DNA of 54,443 bases from a virus. Its lineage: Duplodnaviria > Caudoviricetes. Shown here one piece after another: positions 1 through 9,800 of the stretch. The notes under the pieces were generated by a model, which had not been told where the DNA came from, ran no database searches, and worked only from the letters and a program-made list of their open reading frames with translations. The stretch is taken from positions 1 to 54,443 of IMG/VR virus record IMGVR_UViG_3300021379_001249; one strand, 5' to 3'. Numbering within the stretch: the first letter of the stretch is position 1; the number at the start of each line of letters is the position of its first letter. The translations under genes and the position numbers were made by a program.

Positions 1-314
1 TTTTTCCAGTGTCGCACACCACGTTTGTCACGAAGTGAACCAGAAACATGTTGATAAACATGCCACAACTCATGAAGAAGTGTTTGGCAGTACAATTCTT
101 CAGACAAAGTTGTTTCCATTTCAATCAAAAACTCACGGGGACGATGATCACAATCCATCACGGTGCAGAACCCTTGAGCACCTTCGCGCTTAAGTCCTCT
201 ATGAGCGACTGTGATGTCTAGGTGATGGTTAGGCATGTACTTTGCCTTAAACCACTCAATGATGCCTCTACAGCGTCTTTTAGACGCCTTTCCAGTAATG
301 TCAAGATAGAGCAT
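1..314 (-). CDS. Putative zinc metallopeptidase-like protein (HExxH), 3'-truncated by window edge
   Basis: Manual translation: MLYLDITGKASKRRCRGIIEWF...LYCQTLLHELWHVYQHVSG. Open to the window edge and absent from the ORF track. Confidence 0.6.
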   Translation of the reverse strand, partial: MLYLDITGKASKRRCRGIIEWFKAKYMPNHHLDITVAHRGLKREGAQGFCTVMDCDHRPREFLIEMETTLSEELYCQTLLHELWHVYQHVSGSLRDKRGVRHWK

Positions 315-399
315 TGATCGCAGCAGAAGTTACACGAGTTCCCCAGTTCATCAACCAGAAGAATGAAGCAATGAACACAAGTTTTTCAGTGGCAGTCAT
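301..399 (-). CDS. Small hydrophobic protein (32 aa)
   Basis: MTATEKLVFIASFFWLMNWGTRVTSAAINALS*. Strong SD GGAGGAG at 401-407; overlaps the start of the next gene. Confidence 0.55.
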   Translation of the reverse strand: MTATEKLVFIASFFWLMNWGTRVTSAAINALS

Positions 400-416
400 C
401 CTCCTCCGTGTGTATG

Positions 417-428
417 CACATATTATAA
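417..428 (-). promoter_or_regulatory. Putative early promoter -10 element (TATAAT)
   Basis: TTATAATATGTG on minus strand, identical to the 12-mer at 36549-36560. No canonical -35 at 17-nt spacing. Confidence 0.5.
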
Positions 429-456
429 AACCCGTCAAGCGTAAACCTGACGGGTG
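427..456 (-). terminator. Intrinsic terminator ending the fibre gene array
   Basis: Hairpin ACCCGTCA-N10-TGACGGGT followed by a short T run on the minus strand, ~25 nt after the stop of 481-2094. Confidence 0.6.
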
Positions 457-480
457 TGTGCCACTTATTCAACTGTCCAT

Positions 481-2094
481 TTATCCTTGAACAATAATTT
501 GTGTATCGGAGAGTGATGTTCCTGCTATCACAGAGGGGTTTCCTTTCGTTGTACTAATTCCTCCATCATTTTGAACGTAGTATGTTTTAGCAGTTGTCAA
601 CCCCGACTGTGCATCATCGACGGAACCTGCAATTTGAATTGTAGCTGTTTGTCCATCAGAGTAAGCACCATCTGAAAAACCTATGAAGTTTCCTGATGTA
701 AGGTTTGATTTTGTAAGAATACCTAGAGTAGATATTCCTTTTACCCCGGATTCTTTAAAGAAAATAGCTACCTTTCTAAAATATGGGAGATATGTTGCAT
801 TACATGCTACTGTATTTCCTTCATAAAATACAACAGGAGTGTCAAATGTGACAGAGGTGCCAGAGATAGTTCCGACGACAGCAGTGCCATAATTTGAATT
901 GCCATTATCTCTATAGACAGTTACGAATTTCCCAGCATTTTCTTCATAAGCAACACCAATTTCCTGAACAGCGGCACTCTCAAACACTGCTTCAGAACCA
1001 AATGTTATATCTGTTCCGCTAACAGTGCCAACAATACCCGTTCCATAATCGCTGTTAGCGTCATCTTCATATACTATCAATACTTTTTGGTTGGCAGTAT
1101 CATATGCGACACGTATGTATAATGTACTCGCACCATTAAATGTTGCCACAGTGCCATAACTCACTGATGTTCCACTAATAGTTGCTACAACTGCTTTGCC
1201 TTTATTACTATCGCCAGTATCTCTAAACACTATGACGTGTTTTTGAGCATTGATATCATACACAGAATCAATGTATTCGGTGTTGCTAGAATTAAAAGAC
1301 ACTGCAGAACCAAAGCTAATACTGTTGCCGCTGACAGTTCCTACTATACCTCTACCATCAGAAACTGAAGCATCTCTATAACATATAAGAACTTTTGATG
1401 CATTAGTATCATATGTTATAGACATACGCTCACCAGTATTATTGTTGGCATTAAAAAGAACTTTATCGCCAAAGAATATTGAATTCCCAACTACTTCACC
1501 AACTATGGCAGCGCCTTGATTGTTAGTTTCGTTGTCCTGAAATGCAATCACTACCTTATCATTACTAGTGTCATAAGTGACATCCATGTAATATGTGGTG
1601 TGATCGTTGAAAACAGTAGGACTTCCATAAGTTAGTGTATCGCCATCAACACTGACAACTACAGCTGTAGGTCTTTCAGTATTATCCTGATCATTGTATA
1701 CAAGAACTATTTTATTGCTATCGGGAATAAAAACAGCATGTGGTTGTTCAATTTGAGAAAGTTTTAAATTTGCGTTTTTTGTGTTTGTTGCTATGTCTAC
1801 AAAACTACCAAAAGTAATAGTGCTGAGAATAGATTCTGTTACAATACCTACTTTTCCGTTAGTCTTACCAATCACTGCTGCACCATCTGCGATGGCACCA
1901 GATGCTACTAACTGTAAAGTGCCACCACCCCCAGCAGTAGCCCAATCACTTCCACTATAAATTTTTAACGCATTATCACTAGTATTATAATAAGCATCTC
2001 CCGCGTTTGCAGATCCTGGATCAGATGTGCTTGCTGCTAAACCTATTCTGTCTGATCTTACTTCGCTATGCGATCCTACAAATAAAGGTGCCAT
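481..2094 (-). CDS. Beta-propeller adhesin/fibre tip, anchor family A (MAPxFVGS)
   Basis: N-term MAPLFVGSHSEVRSDRIG...GDAYYNT..L..Y.G..W; seven ~52-aa YD..N.KV.I.Y..GTVSG.SI.FG repeats; C-term NFIGFS..Y.DGQTAT..DDAQSGLT shared with 5 paralogues. Confidence 0.75.
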   Translation of the reverse strand: MAPLFVGSHSEVRSDRIGLAASTSDPGSANAGDAYYNTSDNALKIYSGSDWATAGGGGTLQLVASGAIADGAAVIGKTNGKVGIVTESILSTITFGSFVDIATNTKNANLKLSQIEQPHAVFIPDSNKIVLVYNDQDNTERPTAVVVSVDGDTLTYGSPTVFNDHTTYYMDVTYDTSNDKVVIAFQDNETNNQGAAIVGEVVGNSIFFGDKVLFNANNNTGERMSITYDTNASKVLICYRDASVSDGRGIVGTVSGNSISFGSAVSFNSSNTEYIDSVYDINAQKHVIVFRDTGDSNKGKAVVATISGTSVSYGTVATFNGASTLYIRVAYDTANQKVLIVYEDDANSDYGTGIVGTVSGTDITFGSEAVFESAAVQEIGVAYEENAGKFVTVYRDNGNSNYGTAVVGTISGTSVTFDTPVVFYEGNTVACNATYLPYFRKVAIFFKESGVKGISTLGILTKSNLTSGNFIGFSDGAYSDGQTATIQIAGSVDDAQSGLTTAKTYYVQNDGGISTTKGNPSVIAGTSLSDTQIIVQG

Positions 2095-2127
2095 CTATAT
2101 ACCTAACAGAATTTGTCTATATTTTCT

Positions 2128-2133
2128 TATTTA
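2128..2133 (-). promoter_or_regulatory. T4-type late promoter (TAAATA)
   Basis: Overlaps the TAA stop of 2131-3759; 33 nt upstream of 481-2094. Confidence 0.65.
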
Positions 2134-3759
2134 TTGTTTAATAAGTATTTCGGTGTCCGAAATTGCAGTTCCCGCGAATACTGATGGAACACCAACAGTG
2201 GTGCTTAGATTTCCATTATTTGTCACGTAAAGTGCTGTGCCTGTTGTCAAACCGGACTGAGCATCATCAACTGTGGAAACAATTTGTATTGTAGCAGTTT
2301 GTCCATCAGTATAGGCAGCATCAGAAAAACCAATAAAGTTTTCCGTTGTTAAATTTGTTGTGTGATAGGGAGTTGTAAACACATGTGCATTTCCAACATT
2401 AGTTTGTTGATTGGCATAAACCGCCACAGCTTTTTGAGCATCTGAATCATAAGCGATATCTGCGAACAATAATGGACTTGATGGATTATTAAGTCTATGA
2501 GTGCTTGCAACACTTATATCATTACCAGATACATCACAGACTGCTATATATGGTTTATTGCCATCAGAATTGGGGGAATACATGAACAAAATTTTATCTG
2601 CTTTTGTATCATATGTCATGGCGTGATATCCACCGTCTCCAGTATAAACTGTAGTTGGAGATGCAAAACTAATACTTCCTATTCCACTTGTAACATTAGA
2701 TACAACCACTCGACCTTCCTGATCTTCGTTAAAATATCCAAGAACAGCTTTTTCTGCATTTGAATCATATGCCATGGTGATGTAACTGGTTGATTTTTGA
2801 CTAAACATCACCTTATTAGTAATTGTCACATCGTCAGGGCCACCAGCTGATGCTTCATTGATAGTAACTACCCTACATACTCCATCACTATATCCACTCC
2901 CACCATCTGTATACGCAGCTAACATCTTGCGAACACCGGGGTGATACATGACTTTAATATTAGTGGCAGAACCATTAGGTTCTAATACAAATTCATCACC
3001 AAAAGCTGGAGTGCCACCATTATTGTATCCTACTATGCAACTTGCCCTATTAGAATGTTGTTTTGCTCTATATGCAATAAGAAATTTATCAACATTGGGA
3101 TCATAATCTACCGAAATATGATCAAGATCATCTGGTTCAAAAGTAGTGGTGCCGCTAAAAGTTATTGAACTTCCACTAACTGTTCCATATTGAGCTTGTC
3201 CATTTCCTGCACCTTGACTTTTATACGCAAAGATAATTACTCCTTCACTCGAATCATATGCTATATCTACAGAGGGAATTACAACATCAAAACTCATAGT
3301 AATGGGTGATCCAAAACTAATACTAGAACCACTAACAGTTCCTATTATAACTTTCCCCTTCCCTGAATCACCAGTGTCATAGTAAACTACGACAACTTTT
3401 TCATTAGACGCATCATAAACAGCTTTGTTATAATATGGTATTGCATTGTCATAAGTTACAGCTGCACTTGTATTCACACCAATAGTTGTGGTGCTAATAG
3501 CAGAAACTTTTCCGTCAGATTGAAGAATTACTGGTGCTCCGTTAGGCAATGATCCTGATGCGACTACACTTACTGTACCAGAACCTTGTATCGCACTCCA
3601 AGAACTACCATCATAAAACTTTAATTGATTGTCAGAACTATTATAATATCCATCACCCTCAGATGCTGTGCCTGGGTTTGATGTACTAGCGGCTAACCCA
3701 ACTCTATTAGATCTTACTCTAGTATCATCGCTATTTGATCCTACAAAAATGGGTGCCAT
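2131..3759 (-). CDS. Beta-propeller adhesin/fibre tip, anchor family A
   Basis: Same N- and C-terminal modules as 481-2094; more diverged propeller repeats. Confidence 0.75.
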   Translation of the reverse strand: MAPIFVGSNSDDTRVRSNRVGLAASTSNPGTASEGDGYYNSSDNQLKFYDGSSWSAIQGSGTVSVVASGSLPNGAPVILQSDGKVSAISTTTIGVNTSAAVTYDNAIPYYNKAVYDASNEKVVVVYYDTGDSGKGKVIIGTVSGSSISFGSPITMSFDVVIPSVDIAYDSSEGVIIFAYKSQGAGNGQAQYGTVSGSSITFSGTTTFEPDDLDHISVDYDPNVDKFLIAYRAKQHSNRASCIVGYNNGGTPAFGDEFVLEPNGSATNIKVMYHPGVRKMLAAYTDGGSGYSDGVCRVVTINEASAGGPDDVTITNKVMFSQKSTSYITMAYDSNAEKAVLGYFNEDQEGRVVVSNVTSGIGSISFASPTTVYTGDGGYHAMTYDTKADKILFMYSPNSDGNKPYIAVCDVSGNDISVASTHRLNNPSSPLLFADIAYDSDAQKAVAVYANQQTNVGNAHVFTTPYHTTNLTTENFIGFSDAAYTDGQTATIQIVSTVDDAQSGLTTGTALYVTNNGNLSTTVGVPSVFAGTAISDTEILIKQ

Positions 3760-3780
3760 GTCTAATAGTCCTTTTAGTGG

Positions 3781-3786
3781 TATTTA
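3781..3786 (-). promoter_or_regulatory. T4-type late promoter (TAAATA)
   Basis: Overlaps the stop of 3784-5415; upstream of 2131-3759. Confidence 0.65.
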
Positions 3787-5415
3787 TTTTTTAACGATAA
3801 TTTTAGTTGCTGAGATAGCAAGTCCACCAACAACGGATGGACTATCTGCTATCGTGGTTAATGTTCCAACTCTGTGAACAAAATGTCTGCTACCCACTGT
3901 TAGTCCACTTTGTGCATCGTCCACGGAACCTGCAATCTGCACTGTAGCAGTTTGTCCATCCGAATATGCAGCATCTGAAAAACCTAAGAAATTATCTGAG
4001 GTTAAATTACTAGTTGTTCTTGCACTTTGTATGGTATGTGCATACGCTCCTGTGTTAAACCCAATAACATTGACATTTAATTTTTCATCAGATACATATG
4101 TGCTAGATGGAAAATTTGGGTTAACTCCAAAAATTTGAGTTTGTATGCTTGAATCTAATGTTAAAGTGGTTCCATTAAAGGTGCCTTGTGTTACGGCTTG
4201 ATACCAATTTGGGTTAGAACCTTGTCTATATGTGAATAGATATTTTTTCTCTATGGGATCAAATGTTGCTTGCAAAAATGTGGGAGATCCAGATGGTTGT
4301 CCTGAAGATGGTTCCGCTAATGTAGTATATTGAATATAATCGTCACCAGCAGTAACGATTCCCACCCTATACTTTATTTTATCATTATTAACAAGTGGTA
4401 CAAAAATATTTCCAGATGGAGAATCATAGACTAATTGCACATATTCATAAGCTCCAGGTCCTAGTTGTTGAGTCCCCCATTGTAAGTTATCTCCTCTAAT
4501 AATTCCAATTGCCTGATAGTGCGTATAACCAGCGGTTTGATCTCTCCACATTCCAAGAACTCTACCATCAGATTCAATATATGTTGCACTTAACCCCGCA
4601 TCACTTGATAATGTATTTCCTGATGTTGAGGCTCGCACTGCACCCATACCTGTGACAACATCACCATCAACTTTAAGAACTTGTCCCCAAAAACCAGGAT
4701 TAGTGCTTGGTTGATTTGCATTAAACATTACAATGTTTTCTGTTTGTTTGTGATATATTAATTTTATAAAATTAATACCACTGGTTTGATGAACATATGT
4801 TCCCTCAGCACCAAGTTGAAATGTGTCATCTTTTATACTTGCGGTATATGCGTAAATACCACTTGATGAATGAAATGCAAATACAATATTTTTAGTGGGA
4901 GGGTGATATACGGCTGATGGTGCCGTATAAATGGCACTAGTTCTTATTTGTTGAGGAGTACCAAAAGTAATTCCAGTGCCAGTAATAGTTCCAACGACTC
5001 CATATGGACGATCACTGTTGTCAGTAGCTTGATAAACTACAAATAATTTCTTTTGACTTTCATCATATGCTACAGAATTGCCTGATATTTGTTCATTAAG
5101 TGGTCCAAGGTTTTTAGGTTCACCTGATGTTATGCCTATTCCAGTTGATGTTATACCAGATATTTTTCCATCTGTTGTGATGACAACAGTCTGTCCATTT
5201 GCAAGCGTTCCTGATGCAATTCCACTGAATGTACCACCACCAGCACCTACAGCACTCCAGGCACTTCCGTCATATGCTCTTAAACCACTATCAGAACTGT
5301 TGAAATATACATCACCTTCTGATGCACTTCCTGGGTTTGATGTACTTACTGCGAAACCAACTCTATTGGATCTAATCCTAGAGTCATCGCTATTTGAACC
5401 TACGAATATTGGCAT
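3784..5415 (-). CDS. Beta-propeller adhesin/fibre tip, anchor family A (most diverged core)
   Basis: MPIFVGSNSDDSRIRSNRVG anchor and the shared C-terminal module; GAGG SD 10 nt downstream of the 474-aa gene. Confidence 0.75.
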   Translation of the reverse strand: MPIFVGSNSDDSRIRSNRVGFAVSTSNPGSASEGDVYFNSSDSGLRAYDGSAWSAVGAGGGTFSGIASGTLANGQTVVITTDGKISGITSTGIGITSGEPKNLGPLNEQISGNSVAYDESQKKLFVVYQATDNSDRPYGVVGTITGTGITFGTPQQIRTSAIYTAPSAVYHPPTKNIVFAFHSSSGIYAYTASIKDDTFQLGAEGTYVHQTSGINFIKLIYHKQTENIVMFNANQPSTNPGFWGQVLKVDGDVVTGMGAVRASTSGNTLSSDAGLSATYIESDGRVLGMWRDQTAGYTHYQAIGIIRGDNLQWGTQQLGPGAYEYVQLVYDSPSGNIFVPLVNNDKIKYRVGIVTAGDDYIQYTTLAEPSSGQPSGSPTFLQATFDPIEKKYLFTYRQGSNPNWYQAVTQGTFNGTTLTLDSSIQTQIFGVNPNFPSSTYVSDEKLNVNVIGFNTGAYAHTIQSARTTSNLTSDNFLGFSDAAYSDGQTATVQIAGSVDDAQSGLTVGSRHFVHRVGTLTTIADSPSVVGGLAISATKIIVKK

Positions 5416-5425
5416 TTTTCTAACC

Positions 5426-6850
5426 TCAGTTTATTTCTTCTAAAACAAACTTAAACTTTTTACCTGTTCGCCTGTTTATCAAGTAGAGATCATTTTCTCC
5501 CTCTTGAATCGTATAAGAACCCCAAGTCCCATCAATATCATTGCCACCTCTTGCTTCATTACTTAAGTCTAAGTCAGAGGTGTAAAGGTTTGCCCAACGC
5601 TGTGCTGTTGCACCAAGATCTCTTGTGCCATTACCATCAGGAACTACATTACCACCAAATGTGGAAACACCTGCTGTAACAATAACGCCGGATCTTGCAG
5701 TAATAATTCCAATCGAATCAACATTAGTTACATCTTGATATGTAAGAGTTCCTGCAATAGACACATTACCACTAAAGGAACCAGATGCTGCTGTTACAGA
5801 ACCAACAGTAATGTTTGGAGTTCCAGTGAGCCCACCAGCAGTTCCTGAAGTATTACCGGTAACATCACCTGTTAAATCACCTACAAAGGTTGTTGCAGTA
5901 GCAACACCAGTGATAACAACACCACCAGGATTTGCTTGTGCCTTAACATTACCACCACTATCTTTCAGTGAAGTTGCATCAATACCTGTTAAGTTAGAAC
6001 CATCACCATGGAATCTTGTAGCAGATACTGCACTATCACTGATAGATATGGCAGCACCAACTTTGAAACCAGTTGCAGTTGCAATACCAGTAATTACTAC
6101 ACCACCAGGATTTGCCTGTGCCTTAACATTACCACCACTATCTTTCAATGCAGTGGCATCAATACCTGTTAAACTTGATCCATCACCCTCAAAAGAACTA
6201 GCAGTTACAATACCTGATACGTTTAAGTTGGTAAAGTTGCCCTGAGTAACTACGATAGATGCAACACTATACTTGACAGTTTCAATTAAATCATCTGCTT
6301 GTGCAGGAACAGTTAATACAATAGCTGTCCCACTAGTATCAGTAAAGTCATCAGATCCTAATCTAACACCATTTCTGAATACATCAATATATCCTGCCGT
6401 ATATCCACCAGTGATTGTGAATGATGTCTGTCCTTCAGTTGCAGTAAACTCTTGTTTTGATTGAACATTACCATTGTTTGCATAGTCAATAGCAACGGCA
6501 GTTCCTCTTACAACACCAAAGAAGTCTAACCCTGCATTAGGTGCAGTGGTAAATGTAATCGTAGAGGTAGAAACTGTATAATCAGTGTTTGGTTCTTGAA
6601 TGACACCACCCAAAGAAATCTGCAACATCGCAGCATTTCTTGGTTGATATGCAACACCACCAATGGTTAAATTAAATGTTGTAGTTGAGTTATCAAAACT
6701 AGAACTTATATCATCTAATTCTTTAATATTATTTGCTGCTGCAGGAGTAAAACTCTTCCAAACGACTCCCGTCCATTCATATGAAAATCCAGCATCAGTG
6801 TCAGTAAAAACGCTTCCAATACCGGGACTATTTGGAAATTGAATCGCCAC
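5426..6850 (-). CDS. Multi-module tail fibre/adaptor protein
   Basis: GTG start. MAIQFPNSP..Y.W.G..W N-term, LDDISS.F..GGVIQEP and F.ATEGQT.F modules, G/T/S-rich shaft repeats, C-term SNE..GND.DGTWG.YTIQEG..LYL.N...GKKFKF typical of cyanophage fibres. Confidence 0.75.
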   Translation of the reverse strand: MAIQFPNSPGIGSVFTDTDAGFSYEWTGVVWKSFTPAAANNIKELDDISSSFDNSTTTFNLTIGGVAYQPRNAAMLQISLGGVIQEPNTDYTVSTSTITFTTAPNAGLDFFGVVRGTAVAIDYANNGNVQSKQEFTATEGQTSFTITGGYTAGYIDVFRNGVRLGSDDFTDTSGTAIVLTVPAQADDLIETVKYSVASIVVTQGNFTNLNVSGIVTASSFEGDGSSLTGIDATALKDSGGNVKAQANPGGVVITGIATATGFKVGAAISISDSAVSATRFHGDGSNLTGIDATSLKDSGGNVKAQANPGGVVITGVATATTFVGDLTGDVTGNTSGTAGGLTGTPNITVGSVTAASGSFSGNVSIAGTLTYQDVTNVDSIGIITARSGVIVTAGVSTFGGNVVPDGNGTRDLGATAQRWANLYTSDLDLSNEARGGNDIDGTWGSYTIQEGENDLYLINRRTGKKFKFVLEEIN

Positions 6851-6875
6851 AGTGCTCTATACCACTACTTTTTCT

Positions 6876-6881
6876 TATTTA
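6876..6881 (-). promoter_or_regulatory. T4-type late promoter (TAAATA)
   Basis: Intergenic, upstream of 5426-6850. Confidence 0.65.
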
Positions 6882-6883
6882 TG

Positions 6884-9800
6884 TCAACGTGCATTGGCAC
6901 CCCCACCAAACAAGTCGATTGATGGCGCTTCTGCCCAAGCTGCGTAGACGTATTTCGTTGTTCCATCTGTATCGTTAGTTCCTGCATTAGTGCCTCTTAA
7001 CTTAAATCCATTTGACAATAAATCTTTTGCATTTCCGCTAAAATCATATTCTGCATTGTTAATACTTGGGTAAAGTTGAAGTGACACAGGATTAGATGGT
7101 TCCCTTACAGAGTCATGCAAAATCCAGTTTTGACTTTCAAGGCATTTGATAATTACTAGTGACGGACGAAAGCCTAACTCAATATAATTACCGTCGCTAT
7201 TTCCATTTCCGGTGTAGGTGCCAAATTTTTGTAGGCCAGGAACATCGTGCCAACAGTAGGCTATGTAATCTTCGTTTTCATTTGTTGAATAACTATGTGC
7301 TGTTTTGAATACTGTAGATGTTGGCCTTCCACTAAATCGCCCTGAGTCTGTACCACTACTTGTAAAAATTAAATATTGATTATCTCCAAGAGCAGAATGA
7401 TAAATGTCCCAATTATAAGTGTTATCTAAGTTTTTTGTTATAATAAAATCAGGTGCCTGTGAAAGCCCATGTGCCACTTCATGAGCACTAGTATCATTAG
7501 GTCCAGTATATTTTATGATACTAAATCCCTGTTTTGTTCCAACAGATGCACCAGCGATAGTGGTATCTCCAGCAGTCAATCCTGCCGCAGCAGCACTTGC
7601 AAAACCCTCATCATCAACATTAAAGGTGTTTTTGTTTCCACCAGCTCTCCAGAACCAACCAACTAAGGGTTCATTATTATCATTTTGACTAGTATCACTT
7701 GCACCACTTATTTGAATGCTTTTATTTTCAAGGAAACTAAAAGAAACAGTTCCCTCAGTTCCTGTACTATTTGAGACTAATCTTTTATTATTACCACGAA
7801 CAGTGTCATAAAGACTGTGCGAATAGGCTTGATTTCTAAACTTAATCCACGCAAAATCAGCATCAATAGGTGCCTGTATTACACGATTGTTAGTTCCATC
7901 ACCAGTCCAAGTAGCAATACCAACATACTGATCAGGGCGTGAAATCACAGTTTCTGGACGTGTATTAGCAGTATTCAGTGGTTGGAAACCATCTGGTGGT
8001 GGGAACTTAAAGGGTTTTTGTCCGAAGTTTATTTCTGCTTTGGCACCACCTCCCCTTAAAGAAATACCAACTGCCCATCTCTGAGATGTTGAAAGGGTTG
8101 AGCTAATATCGCCTTGATCAACTCCGTTGATAATAAATCCTAACTTACCAGTATCTGCATTATATCTAAGTCCTACCACATCTCCAGGAGTGCTCCAAGT
8201 AGTGCCATAAGAAGTAGAAGAGCTATTGTTATACCATTGTGCTTGTGCATCAACTATGACATATCCAGTTGATTGTGCTGCTAAGTCTTTTGTTGAGGCT
8301 AATGGATACCCATCTTCTGAATCATTTAATCCAAAAAGTCCAAATTGAATATCATTATCAGATGCACTCTGTCTACCTTTATGTGTTAACTCAACAAACC
8401 ATTTTCCAGATTCGATTACACCTGTGCAAAGTGTGGTATTCCAATTACTTCCACCGGTTACAAATGTATTTCCATCAGATAATGTGTTATTTCCTCTATT
8501 CAATAAGGGACTAAAAGTATTATATCCAGTTTCTTGTCCACGAACTGTGTTAATGTCAGTGTTGAATGGGTTGAAGTTGGTTGCTGCTGCATCTCCGTTT
8601 GCTGTGATAGTTCCAGGAGTTACGGCAGCAGCAGTCGCTGAACTATTTGACTGACAACACAGAAGTTTTGTGTTGGTTACATTTGTGAGTGGTGCTGCTG
8701 GTGGTGTGAAGTTTGATGTGTAAACTGCAGAACCATTTACAATTCTAACGTTAGAAATGAATCCATTGTAATCATATGTTCCTGTGTCCTCACCACCTAT
8801 TCTTACATTCTCAGTTGTATCATTTAATGACACATTTACATTACTTGTAGTGGATACCTGTGCAACACCATCTACATATAATGTCATCGTGCCACTATTT
8901 TTTACCGCTGCAAGATGAGACCATCTGTTTATGGGAAATGAGGCGGAAGAGGAAATACTATAAGCACTTGATCCATTATACCAATAAAATTGTTCTGTCC
9001 CGTCACTTCCTTGCCCAAACCAAAATGTTCTTGTAGAGTTTCCGCTTCCATATTTTGAAACATAAGTATCGACTGCATTTTCAAATTTATATCTAAAAAA
9101 TTCTATTGTAAAATCATTAGTTCCAAAAGTAAAATCAGAACTATCTGCAATTGATAAATCATCGTTAGTTCCATCAAAACTCACAGCACCATCAGCAATC
9201 TTGGCAAGTTTAGAACTACCACTCACACCTGATGGAGTGTCTGGGAGAATGTCTGGGGAGGTTGCGGGTACTACAAAGTCACTGGTGTATTTTGCTACTC
9301 CTTTGTAGATACGAACATCTTGAAGGTATCCATCTACCAAAAGACTGGTGCTATTATATCCACCACCTACTCTACAGTAACCCTCTGTTGATACTATATT
9401 TGCACTACTAGTATAATCTGATCCTTGCTGTACACCATTAGAAAAACACCTTATCGTACTTCCAGATCTAGTTATTGCTATATGATTCCATTTATCTTTT
9501 GCCCCTTCACTACCAAACGTATTTTCAAATACCCAACTACTATTATATTGATAATTGAACTTAATTCCTTCATCAAATCTTCTTATTACCCATCCACCTT
9601 TATTTGATCCAAGAAAAGCACTATTATTTGCTGTTCCGATTAATTCATTATTATTATCCAAAAAAGCCCAGAGTTCAATCGTAAAATCTCCTGTTCCAAA
9701 ATCAAAACAATTATCACTCTCAGTTACATCTAAATAGTCTCCAGTTCCATCAAATTCAAAACTACCCGAATAAAAATTGCTGCTTTCATTTGCAGCAGCA

